DNA of 64,000 nucleotides, from IMG/VR virus record IMGVR_UViG_3300025168_000049, positions 1 through 64,000 of that record, one strand, 5' to 3'. The notes under the pieces are model-generated. The model worked only from the letters and a program-made list of their open reading frames with translations, searched no databases and was not told the DNA's origin. Position 1 is the first letter of the stretch. Every line of letters begins with the position of its first letter. Of the stretch, positions 17,733 through 27,085 are shown piece after piece. Source of the stretch: a virus. Made by a program: the position numbers and the translations under genes.

Positions 17733-18364
17733 TGGATGATAATTTTATAAAAGTTTATGAGAATGCTATTTCTGATTCAATTTGTGATCAGATGATAGAA
17801 TGTTTTACTACTGAGGAAACATGGAATGGAAGAATACTAAGTGGACACAATCCAAACATAAAACAAAGTACAGATTTAAATCTGTTAAATGTAGACAAAG
17901 AACACATTAAGGAAGAAGTTATTCCTGCCTTACAGAAAAGTGTAGAAGACAATTTACTAAAATATGTAAAACAATATCCTTTGTGGCGTCATGGAGGAAT
18001 TGAAAATGAACCAGATACAGTATTAAAAGATCATTTATTTACTAAATATAGTATTTGGAAATATGATATACTTATGAAAAAGTATAATAAAGGTACTGAT
18101 GGTTTTCATGCATGGCATGAAGATAATGGATTTCAATATCCAGAAAATACTAGAGTATTAGTATGCATGTTTTATTTAAATGATGTAGAGGAAGGGGGAG
18201 AGACAGGTTTTTATTTCCAAAAAATGAAAGTTAAACCTACAAAAGGTACGTTAGTTATTTTTCCAGCTGGATCTACACATTTACATAAAGGACATATCCC
18301 TATAAGTAATGATAAATATATTTGTAATTTTTGGTTAATTAAAGGGCAGGTAGAATATAAATAA
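17732..18364 (+). CDS. 2OG-Fe(II) oxygenase (prolyl-4-hydroxylase-like)
   Basis: WHED (HxD), YLNDVEEGGETGF, FP...THLHKG, KY. Confidence 0.9.
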   Translation: MDDNFIKVYENAISDSICDQMIECFTTEETWNGRILSGHNPNIKQSTDLNLLNVDKEHIKEEVIPALQKSVEDNLLKYVKQYPLWRHGGIENEPDTVLKDHLFTKYSIWKYDILMKKYNKGTDGFHAWHEDNGFQYPENTRVLVCMFYLNDVEEGGETGFYFQKMKVKPTKGTLVIFPAGSTHLHKGHIPISNDKYICNFWLIKGQVEYK

Positions 18365-18374
18365 GTAATTAATA

Positions 18375-18644
18375 ATGGATTTTTTAGAAGACATCGAGAT
18401 GTATGATTTAGCTATGAGAAATGCATATGAATTTGTAACGAGAAAGAAAACAATAGATGATATCTATTATGAATTGGAAGCGGATAATATAGAAAATTAT
18501 CCTTTACCTTTTGATCCTATGGACCAGGGAAGTATAACTGGTGGAGTAGTTGATCTAATAATAGAATACTTTACATCTACTGAAGAATACGAAAAATGTG
18601 CAGACCTTATGAAAGTTAAAAATAGACTTGAGAAAGTTCAATAA
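18375..18644 (+). CDS. Hypothetical protein with UVR-like C-terminal motif
   Basis: EEYEKCA.L motif. Confidence 0.55.
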   Translation: MDFLEDIEMYDLAMRNAYEFVTRKKTIDDIYYELEADNIENYPLPFDPMDQGSITGGVVDLIIEYFTSTEEYEKCADLMKVKNRLEKVQ

Positions 18645-20598
18645 CATAGATAGAATACGCCCTGCTGCGGTGACATTCATTAATCATGGGTATTATACTG
18701 ATGCGCTTCCTGGTACGCGAGAGTATTTTGAATTTTGGGATGAGGAGAAAAAGAGATGTATGTATGGATATACTAAGGATGAATTACATGTAACTGGATT
18801 TCATTACTTTTATTTAAATTACTGTCCTATTGATAGGGCCATTGATGAAACCTTACCAGATGGAACAATACAATCTAAACGTGAGAGAACGTTTCCTGCT
18901 TTTTATGATGGAGATTGGCAATATTTTCAAGAAATAGATAAAGCTAGAGCAGCTAATAAACATATGATAGTCCTAAAAGCAAGACGTAAGGGATATTCTT
19001 ATAAAGCAGGATCTATGCTTGCACGTAACTATTTCTTTATAAAGAACTCTAAGAATTTTGTATTTGCTTCTTCAAAAGAATTCTTAATAGGAGATGGATT
19101 ACTTTCAAAAGCTTGGGAGTTTCTATCTTTTATAGATGATCATACAGCATGGGCTCAGCCACGATTAAGAGACAGAGAAATGAGTAAGATGTCTGGATAT
19201 AAAAAGAAAGTTAATGGTGTAGACATTGAAATGGGAATGAAATCTCAAATTATGGGAGTATCATTAAAAGATGCTCCAGATAAAGTAAGGGGTAAAGCAG
19301 GTGAATTGGTATTTTTTGAAGAGGCAGGATCTTTCCCAGGATTATTAAAAGCGTGGGAAGTAACAATGCCAACAATGAGACAAGGAGCAAAGACATTAGG
19401 ATTAATGGTAGCTTTTGGAACAGGTGGTACAGAAGGATCTGACTTTGAAGCTATGGAGGAAATATTTTATCAACCCGCTGCATACGATTGTATGGAATAT
19501 GAAAATGTGTGGGATGAAGGGGCTATGGGAAGTACATGTGGATATTTTATTCCTATACAAACTAATTTAGATGGATTTATAGATGATAATGGGAACTCAT
19601 TAGATCTAGATGCAGTTGAGTATGAAAAAGGAATGAGGGAAAAGAAAAAGGGTGCTGCGGATGCAAAATCATTAGACCAATATATAGCGGAGCATCCTTT
19701 CTCCCCTCAAGAAGCTACTTTACAAGTGACAGCTAATTTGTTTGATATAGCATCTCTGCAGGAACATTATAACAGATTGAAAGCTAATGATTTGCATTCT
19801 GTAGGGACTTATGGTAACTTATATTATGGGGCAAAAGGAGAAATAAAGTTTACAGTAGATGGAGATGCGAGACCTTTATTAAAATTCCCACATAGAAAAG
19901 ATGATCATATTAAAGGTAATGTTGTAGTGTATGAAGCTCCATATAAAAATAGAGAAATGCAAACTCCACATAATATGTATATAGTATGCCATGACCCCTA
20001 TGGACAAAATCAATCAGCAGATTCTACGTCGTTAGGTGCTGCATATGTAATTAAACGTATTAATAATATATCAAAACCAGATGATCTTATAGTAGCTTCT
20101 TATGTAGGAAGACCAGATACACAAGACGAGTATAACAGAAACTTATTTTTAATGGCTGATTACTTTAATGCTAAGATAGGATTTGAGAATGATAGGGGAG
20201 AGGTTATAGCGTACGCTAAAAGACATAGAAAGTTACATAGATTAGAAGAAGAGTTTGAAATGTTAGATAAAAAGGAATTACAATCCAGAACTGTTAGAAG
20301 ACAATATGGTATGCACATGACTGAGGCAAGAAAGCGTCAGGGAGAATTGTATATTAGAGATTGGTTAAATTCAGTTAGAAGAACTAATGAAGATGGTACT
20401 CAAACTTTAAACCTACATAAAATATATGATCCTGCATTAATAACGGAATTAATTAAATTTAATCACGCAGGTAACTTTGATCGTGTTATGGCGTTTATGA
20501 TAGGTATGTTTCATACGCGAGAGTTATATAACGCGGAAGTTAAAGAAATACTAGAAGATAACTCTGCTAATGATTGGTTTGAAAAAAATTATTATTAG
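18628..20598 (+). CDS. terL: Terminase large subunit
   Basis: KARRKGYS Walker A, FFEEAG Walker B, GTGG, HDPY nuclease motif, GNFDRVMA; directly upstream of portal. Confidence 0.92.
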   Translation: MRKFNNIDRIRPAAVTFINHGYYTDALPGTREYFEFWDEEKKRCMYGYTKDELHVTGFHYFYLNYCPIDRAIDETLPDGTIQSKRERTFPAFYDGDWQYFQEIDKARAANKHMIVLKARRKGYSYKAGSMLARNYFFIKNSKNFVFASSKEFLIGDGLLSKAWEFLSFIDDHTAWAQPRLRDREMSKMSGYKKKVNGVDIEMGMKSQIMGVSLKDAPDKVRGKAGELVFFEEAGSFPGLLKAWEVTMPTMRQGAKTLGLMVAFGTGGTEGSDFEAMEEIFYQPAAYDCMEYENVWDEGAMGSTCGYFIPIQTNLDGFIDDNGNSLDLDAVEYEKGMREKKKGAADAKSLDQYIAEHPFSPQEATLQVTANLFDIASLQEHYNRLKANDLHSVGTYGNLYYGAKGEIKFTVDGDARPLLKFPHRKDDHIKGNVVVYEAPYKNREMQTPHNMYIVCHDPYGQNQSADSTSLGAAYVIKRINNISKPDDLIVASYVGRPDTQDEYNRNLFLMADYFNAKIGFENDRGEVIAYAKRHRKLHRLEEEFEMLDKKELQSRTVRRQYGMHMTEARKRQGELYIRDWLNSVRRTNEDGTQTLNLHKIYDPALITELIKFNHAGNFDRVMAFMIGMFHTRELYNAEVKEILEDNSANDWFEKNYY

Positions 20599-20668
20599 TG
20601 TTATATTATAAAGGATAAATAGAAATATAGAGATAAAGTTGAATATTCAATAAAAATGCTTAATTTTG
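20597..20668 (+). promoter_or_regulatory. Putative late promoter of portal
   Basis: AGTGTTATATTATAA at 20597; TAATTTTG at 20661. Confidence 0.55.
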
Positions 20669-20675
20669 TAAAATT

Positions 20676-23051
20676 ATGGGGCACGAAATAAACAGTAGTT
20701 TACCTAGGCAGAAAATGCCTATAGCTAAAAAAAATAAACAGTGGAGAGAAGATTGTGTAGAAGCATACATTAATCTCTCTAACACTGGACACGCGTATTC
20801 CGCGAGAAAAGATAATCTAAAAAGACTTTATGATTTCTATAACGGTATAATTGATGAGGATGACTATAGATACGTTCTTAAGCCCTACGGCAAAGCTCGT
20901 AAAAATTTTCCATCAGAGATGCGAAACTACCCCATAATAAAACCTATAGTTGACCTCTTACTAGGAGAGAAAGCTAAGAGGCCTCTCAATTTTACTGTAA
21001 GTGTATTAAATGCAGATGCTGTAACCATAAAAGAAGAACAAAAAAACGAACAGTTATATAGAAGTTTACAACAGCAATTTGCTAACAGAGCAGCTGAAGC
21101 TGGTATAGATACAGGAATGGATCCTGCAGAAGTAGAAACCCCAGCATCAATAGAAGAATTATTTGAAACTAGTTATGTAGACAATCGTGCTATAATAGGA
21201 CAAAATTCTATGAATTATATAATGGCCGATCAAGAAGTTAAAGATAAATTTGATAAAGGGTGGTTCCATTTTTTAATATGTGGAGAAGTTTATACTCATA
21301 GAACTGTTAGATCATCAGAAACTTTTTATGAGATTTTAAATCCAGTGGATATAGATTACGATTTAGATCCAGATTTAGAATTTGTAGAAGATGGAGATTG
21401 GGCTTTAATTAGAAAATATGTACATGCTTCTACAGTAGTAGATCATTATTATGATGAATTATCCCAAGAAGAAATATTAGAACTAGAAGAGCCAAGACAT
21501 TCAGAAACAGATATAGGATTTTTATATCCTAATTCTAAAGACAGGCATTCAGGTACTTATAGAAATAGATTATTAGAAGTTATAAATGTATACTGGAAAT
21601 CTCGTAAAAGAATAGGATTTTTATCTTTTATAGATCCAGAAACTGGAGAACCTGTAGAAGAAGAAGTTCAAGATGGATTTAAAATGCCTCCTGAACTAAA
21701 AGAAATAAAAGCAAAAGTAGAATGGTTATGGGTTAATGAAGTATGGCAAGGAACAAGAATAGATGGAAGAATATATATAAATGTTCATCCAGTTGCTAAT
21801 CAACGATTGTCTATTGATAATCCATCCGTATGTAAGTTACCTATTAACGGTAGAAGATATTCTGATATAAATTCAGAGAATATTTCTTTGGTGTCTTTAG
21901 GTATTCCATATCAATTAAATTATAATATATACAAATATAGATTAGAACTAGCTATTGCAAAAAGTAAAGATATAATTGCTTCATTTGATATTAACATGAT
22001 CCCTAAAAAATGGGATATGGATAAATTCATGTATTTTGTAGAAGGTACTGGTATTGCGTGGGTAGATTATAATAAAGAAGGTATACAATTAAATCCACAA
22101 CATCAGTCTGTTATGGATATGTCTATTAAAACAATTGAGCAATATATAGCATTGTTAGAATCTATTATGCAGGAATGGGAAAAATTATCAGGTGTTAATA
22201 GACAACGACAAGGACAAGTAGGTGCATACGAGGGAAAAGCTACTTCTCAACAAGCTATTGTACAATCTTCTCATATTACAGAAGACTTATTCCGTAAGTT
22301 TAATAGATTAGAGCAAAGGGATTTACAAGCATTATTAGATTATTCAAAGGAAGCATGGTTAAACGGTAAAAAAACTTCATATGTAATGCCAGATGGTACT
22401 ATAGAATACTTAAGTGTAGATCCGTGGGAATATTCAGAATCTAATTATGGAATTTATTTATTAGATTCAGGAGAAGAGAAAGAAAAATTAGAGCAAATAA
22501 GAGCTCTTGGACAATCAATGGTACAAAATGGAGTACCAGCTTCTACTATTGCTGAGATGTTAGATGCACAAAGTTTCACACAGGTGAAGAAACACATCAA
22601 GGCTGCTGAGAAACAAATGCAAGAATTACAAGAAGCACAGTCACAAGCTCAGCAAGAACAAGCACAAGCTGCAATGAAGATGGAAGAGATGAAAATGGAG
22701 AATGATAATATGAACCAAGAGAAAGATAGAGAGACTGATATTAAAGTTGCTGAGATTGCAGCTGCAAGTAGAACTGCCACAGATAACTTTAATTTAGAAA
22801 AATCTTTGAAAGAATTAGATATAAAAGATAAAGAGGTTAATATAAAAGATAGGGAAGTTAATGAGAAAGTTAGAAGTAATAAGTCTGGAGAAGGGCAGAG
22901 TAAAACTGAAACTGATGCAAAACGTAAAGAAACTAAACAAACAGGAGCATTAAAAAATAGAGAGTTAGCACAAAAAGCTGAAGAAACTAAGCAGAAAGCT
23001 CAAGAAGCTAAAGCTAAGATCAGTGAGTCTAAGAAATCCAAAGATAAATAA
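20676..23051 (+). CDS. Portal protein
   Basis: 791 aa after terL; NYPII.P..DLL.GE, LSGVNRQRQG, coiled-coil C-terminus as in crAss-like portals. Confidence 0.88.
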   Translation: MGHEINSSLPRQKMPIAKKNKQWREDCVEAYINLSNTGHAYSARKDNLKRLYDFYNGIIDEDDYRYVLKPYGKARKNFPSEMRNYPIIKPIVDLLLGEKAKRPLNFTVSVLNADAVTIKEEQKNEQLYRSLQQQFANRAAEAGIDTGMDPAEVETPASIEELFETSYVDNRAIIGQNSMNYIMADQEVKDKFDKGWFHFLICGEVYTHRTVRSSETFYEILNPVDIDYDLDPDLEFVEDGDWALIRKYVHASTVVDHYYDELSQEEILELEEPRHSETDIGFLYPNSKDRHSGTYRNRLLEVINVYWKSRKRIGFLSFIDPETGEPVEEEVQDGFKMPPELKEIKAKVEWLWVNEVWQGTRIDGRIYINVHPVANQRLSIDNPSVCKLPINGRRYSDINSENISLVSLGIPYQLNYNIYKYRLELAIAKSKDIIASFDINMIPKKWDMDKFMYFVEGTGIAWVDYNKEGIQLNPQHQSVMDMSIKTIEQYIALLESIMQEWEKLSGVNRQRQGQVGAYEGKATSQQAIVQSSHITEDLFRKFNRLEQRDLQALLDYSKEAWLNGKKTSYVMPDGTIEYLSVDPWEYSESNYGIYLLDSGEEKEKLEQIRALGQSMVQNGVPASTIAEMLDAQSFTQVKKHIKAAEKQMQELQEAQSQAQQEQAQAAMKMEEMKMENDNMNQEKDRETDIKVAEIAAASRTATDNFNLEKSLKELDIKDKEVNIKDREVNEKVRSNKSGEGQSKTETDAKRKETKQTGALKNRELAQKAEETKQKAQEAKAKISESKKSKDK

Positions 23052-25780
23052 TGAATAGTGAAGGAGCTTTAAGTTCAGAAGAAGCATTAGCAATTATTAA
23101 GTCTTCAATGTCTGGAGAATTAGAAATTCCTGCGCACAAAGCTATAGAACAAACAGCTTTAAAACAACAGCAAGAATTAGTTGCGCAACAAGAAGAACAA
23201 GAACAGTCTCAACAAGGTCCAATGCATCAGATGCCTGATGGTAGCATGATGCCAGGCGAAACTCATGGTGAAGCCCCACCCCCAGCTTTAGGAAAACTAG
23301 TACCTACATATACGAAAACAGGAGATCTTGTTAATTCAGGGGATTCACTTACACAAGGATTTAGTAATGCAATTGGGACTCAGCGTGGTAATATAATTGG
23401 ACAACAAGGAGAATATGCTCACGGTGGTGAGCATGAAGCTCCAGAGTTAGATGATATTGATTCTATTACATATGAGGATGGAGGAATTTCACCACAAAAT
23501 CAAAAGACAGAGTCTGCTAAGATAGCACGTAATTATGTAAATGTTAAAGGACAGTTATATCCAAATGCAGTAGATGAAGATGGGTTAATAGAAGATAAAT
23601 CTAAATTTCCAGATGATAAGGCTTTTTCTATGTATAAGGAAGCTGTTTTAGAAACAGAAGGAGAAAGATTAACAGGATATTTACCTAATAATAAATTTTC
23701 AGGTGTAACTGTCGGCAGAGGTTTTGATATAGGACAGTTTAGTACAAGGCAGATTAAAACAATGTTTTCTGATGATAAGGTTTTAATGCACAAGTTGCTT
23801 CCATATGCAAATAAAAAGAAACCTGAACTAGACAAATCAAACATAAATGGTAAAAAACTAAAGATATCATCATCAGAATCTGAAAAAATAAATGAAACTT
23901 TATTTAATCAACAATGGTCTTCTATAAAAAGTTATACAAACGGTAAAGGAGCTACTGAAGATAATGTTAAAACATTAATGCAATTAAAACATTGGTCTGG
24001 AGCTTTAGGAAATACATCAGGAAATTTAGCTCCTAAAGGAGAAAATCATATTTGGAAAGAAATCCAAGATGGTGACTTTGATACACAAGAGTTATATAAT
24101 GCAGTTATGTTTACCCGTGAGGATTTAGGTGAAAAAACTAAAGAGAATGAATGGAAATATAATACATTAAAAAAACATCATACTAATTTAGGTAAACAAA
24201 TGAAAGAAGTGCATGGTGAAAATTGGGAAAGTGGATTAGCAGTAACACCGCCTCATCCAGGAGAGTTTCTGATGAATATGTATAAAATGCAATTAAAAAA
24301 TGGAGTATTAGATAGGCGAATAGAGCATAAATATAAAAGGTGGTTACATGAAGACTGGGATAAAGATGGTGATGGAATTCCTTTTAGTATAGACAAAAAT
24401 GATCATCAACATTTTGAAAGAAAATTTGCAGAAGGTGGGGTAAGAAAGTATCATAATGGAGGTGAAGGGCCAGGGCATCCTCATGAAGAGGAAGAAATAA
24501 AGCCTGACGGATATACAACTACCAAAAAGTATAATAGCGGCAGGGTTACAACACATTCAACTTTTAATGATGAAAGTAAAAGAAGTCAGGGATCCGGATA
24601 TGTTAGTGCAATACCGACAGATTCAGAAAATTATATATTAAATGCAGGAATGCTTCCTGAAGTAAATATAAAAGAAAAAGATCCTAGAAGTTGGGTAAAG
24701 AGAAACTACCAAAAGTATATAGCTCCAATAGGACATGGAGTATTAGATGTTGTAGGTATGATACCTGCAGCTGGAGAATTAGCTGATGGTATTAATGCAT
24801 TATGGTATACTGCAGAAGGTAATTATGAGGATGCAGCTTTGTCAAGTGCAGCTATGATTCCATTTGCAGGATGGGCAGCAACTGCAGGTAAATGGGGAAA
24901 GAATACTATTAGAGCCATGGATAAAGTAACACCTGGAGGAGGAGGAATGTATCAACAATTAAGATATTTACAAGACGTAAATCCTAAACTCGCTGGAGAG
25001 TTAGGAATTAAAAATAAGAAGCAGATAAAAAAGATGCTTAAGAATGACCCTGCTGCGGCACAAAAAATAATTGATGATGCAAATGCAGGAAAAGTATTTG
25101 ATGGTGGTAAAAAGACAAAGTATGTAGAACCTACAGTTGATGACTTTGGTAAAAAAGTTAATACTGATGACTTGCGTAGTACGGGTGATGATATTATAGA
25201 TAATAGACTACTTGATACGCAAATTGATCCTGACTTAACATTTAGAAAATCTGCTTTTGATAGAACACATCCTAACAGAGGTGGACATACATTTAGCGAT
25301 ATAGCAGGAGAATATACTTGGTTAGATAACGCATCTAAAATTGATAATCATGTTATTGCACCATTTAATCCAAAGTTTAATAAAGCTGGAGATATGACTT
25401 CTTTTGATTTACAGAAACTTGATGATTATGTGCCTTTTAGTTCACATAAAATGGAATTCCCTAATCTAAATAATACCGGTTTTAAAAATGATTTAACTCA
25501 TACAATGAAAAATTTACAAAATAACGGGTTCCATCATATGGATATGCATGGTGGTAATATACTAGTAAAATCAGATAATTTTGGTAAGATACTAGATTAT
25601 AAAATTATTGATCCAGTAGGATACACTCATGACTTCCAAAAGTCAGAAATGTTTTTAAGGAATAATCCAGAATTTCAAGATTGGGATGGAATACTTAAGA
25701 ATAGAAGTAGAGTTAATGATGATATATTTAGAATCCAAAATGAGATGAAACATGGTGGACTAAGAAGAAAACGAAAATAA
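23051..25780 (+). CDS. Modular putative virion effector: pesticin-type muramidase + PT-TG + protein-kinase-like domain
   Basis: EG...GYLP....SGVTVGRGFDIGQ; LDVVGMIP..GE.ADGINALWY..EG; HMDMHGGNILV...IIDP. Confidence 0.7.
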   Translation: MNSEGALSSEEALAIIKSSMSGELEIPAHKAIEQTALKQQQELVAQQEEQEQSQQGPMHQMPDGSMMPGETHGEAPPPALGKLVPTYTKTGDLVNSGDSLTQGFSNAIGTQRGNIIGQQGEYAHGGEHEAPELDDIDSITYEDGGISPQNQKTESAKIARNYVNVKGQLYPNAVDEDGLIEDKSKFPDDKAFSMYKEAVLETEGERLTGYLPNNKFSGVTVGRGFDIGQFSTRQIKTMFSDDKVLMHKLLPYANKKKPELDKSNINGKKLKISSSESEKINETLFNQQWSSIKSYTNGKGATEDNVKTLMQLKHWSGALGNTSGNLAPKGENHIWKEIQDGDFDTQELYNAVMFTREDLGEKTKENEWKYNTLKKHHTNLGKQMKEVHGENWESGLAVTPPHPGEFLMNMYKMQLKNGVLDRRIEHKYKRWLHEDWDKDGDGIPFSIDKNDHQHFERKFAEGGVRKYHNGGEGPGHPHEEEEIKPDGYTTTKKYNSGRVTTHSTFNDESKRSQGSGYVSAIPTDSENYILNAGMLPEVNIKEKDPRSWVKRNYQKYIAPIGHGVLDVVGMIPAAGELADGINALWYTAEGNYEDAALSSAAMIPFAGWAATAGKWGKNTIRAMDKVTPGGGGMYQQLRYLQDVNPKLAGELGIKNKKQIKKMLKNDPAAAQKIIDDANAGKVFDGGKKTKYVEPTVDDFGKKVNTDDLRSTGDDIIDNRLLDTQIDPDLTFRKSAFDRTHPNRGGHTFSDIAGEYTWLDNASKIDNHVIAPFNPKFNKAGDMTSFDLQKLDDYVPFSSHKMEFPNLNNTGFKNDLTHTMKNLQNNGFHHMDMHGGNILVKSDNFGKILDYKIIDPVGYTHDFQKSEMFLRNNPEFQDWDGILKNRSRVNDDIFRIQNEMKHGGLRRKRK

Positions 25781-25851
25781 GTGTTATATAATAATAGAAA
25801 CCTTAAAACAACAGAAGAGTATAAAAAATATGAATATATTTCGTACTTTTG
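25780..25851 (+). promoter_or_regulatory. Putative late promoter of the scaffold/capsid operon
   Basis: AGTGTTATATAATAA at 25780; TACTTTTG at 25844. Confidence 0.55.
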
Positions 25852-25879
25852 TAACCTAAACCAATAAATATATATAGAC

Positions 25880-27001
25880 ATGAATGAACCAAATGAAAAA
25901 ATCCAGCTGGATGACATCACCTTTGATGATGTTATTGGCGGTGACGGAGTCGAGACTGTAGACACTCCCAAAGAAGAATTAGAAGTAGTAGAAAATGAAC
26001 TTGAGGAATTAGAATTAGAAGATCCTAAAGACGAAGATCTTGAGGATGATGATGAGTACGAGGATGAAGATGAAGATGACAATGATGAATATGAAGATGA
26101 GGAAGAAGATGAAGATGAATATGAATCAGAGTATGACGATAGTGATGACCCTGCTGAGCAACCAACTGTTATTAATGAAATTTTAGACTCATTAGGATAT
26201 GATGCTAATGATTCTTACGATGATACTGCAGAAGGTTTAACTAAGATGACTAAAGATATAGCATCTAAAATGGCAGACGATAGAATTGATGATGTGTTAG
26301 CATCTTTTCCTTTAGTAAAACAACATTTAGAATATGTTTTACATGGAGGAGAATCTAAGGAGTTTATGTCAGCACATGATCCTGCAATAGATTATGGTGC
26401 ATTTACAGTAGGAGAAGAAGATTCTAGAAGTCAACGAATGATTTTATCTAATTACTTAAAGTTAAAAGGGCATGATAAAGAATTTTCTGACGAACTATTA
26501 GAAGATTATGAAGATAGTGGTAAATTATATCAGAAATCTTTAGCAGCGCAAAAGGCTTTAACAAGCTATCAAGAAAAAGAAAGAGAGCAAATGATTACGA
26601 ATCAACGAGCTAGTCAAGAAAAAAGCAACCAAAGCCAAAGAGAATTCTGGAATGGTATTGCAGATAAGATAGATGATTCTGATGAATTTGCTGGAGTTAG
26701 GTTAGCAGAGAGTGAGAAAAATGGTTTTTTTAATTACCTTTCTCAACCTGTTGATAAGAATGGAAGTACACAAAGAGATGTAGACCACCGTGATGCTGAT
26801 ATGGATGTTAAATTAGCTATTGATTATCTAATGTATAAAGGATTTGATTTAGAGAGTTTAGTAAACACAAGAGCTAAAACGGCAGGTGCTAGATCCCTGA
26901 GAGATAAGATATCTAGAAGTGAGGCTAGTGTTAAAAGTGCACGTAAAGCTTCACGAAGAAACAAGAAGTTCGATATAGATGATTTAGATCTTAGTATTTA
27001 A
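25880..27001 (+). CDS. Acidic capsid assembly/scaffold-like protein
   Basis: Very D/E-rich N-terminus, helical remainder, immediately upstream of major capsid gene. Confidence 0.65.
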   Translation: MNEPNEKIQLDDITFDDVIGGDGVETVDTPKEELEVVENELEELELEDPKDEDLEDDDEYEDEDEDDNDEYEDEEEDEDEYESEYDDSDDPAEQPTVINEILDSLGYDANDSYDDTAEGLTKMTKDIASKMADDRIDDVLASFPLVKQHLEYVLHGGESKEFMSAHDPAIDYGAFTVGEEDSRSQRMILSNYLKLKGHDKEFSDELLEDYEDSGKLYQKSLAAQKALTSYQEKEREQMITNQRASQEKSNQSQREFWNGIADKIDDSDEFAGVRLAESEKNGFFNYLSQPVDKNGSTQRDVDHRDADMDVKLAIDYLMYKGFDLESLVNTRAKTAGARSLRDKISRSEASVKSARKASRRNKKFDIDDLDLSI

Positions 27002-27085
27002 GAAGGCAATTTATACTTGCAATAGTATTTTTACTATAATTACCCCCTGAACTGGGAGATAGGGGCCCATTAAAATTTTAATGAA

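Noticed and set aside
25675-26082. Ser-rich minus-strand ORF as an immunity gene for the kinase
   Set aside because: It is the antisense shadow of the GAA/GAT-rich acidic scaffold gene
25970-26150. GAA/GAT low-complexity tract as a DNA repeat element
   Set aside because: Explained by the Asp/Glu-rich coding sequence
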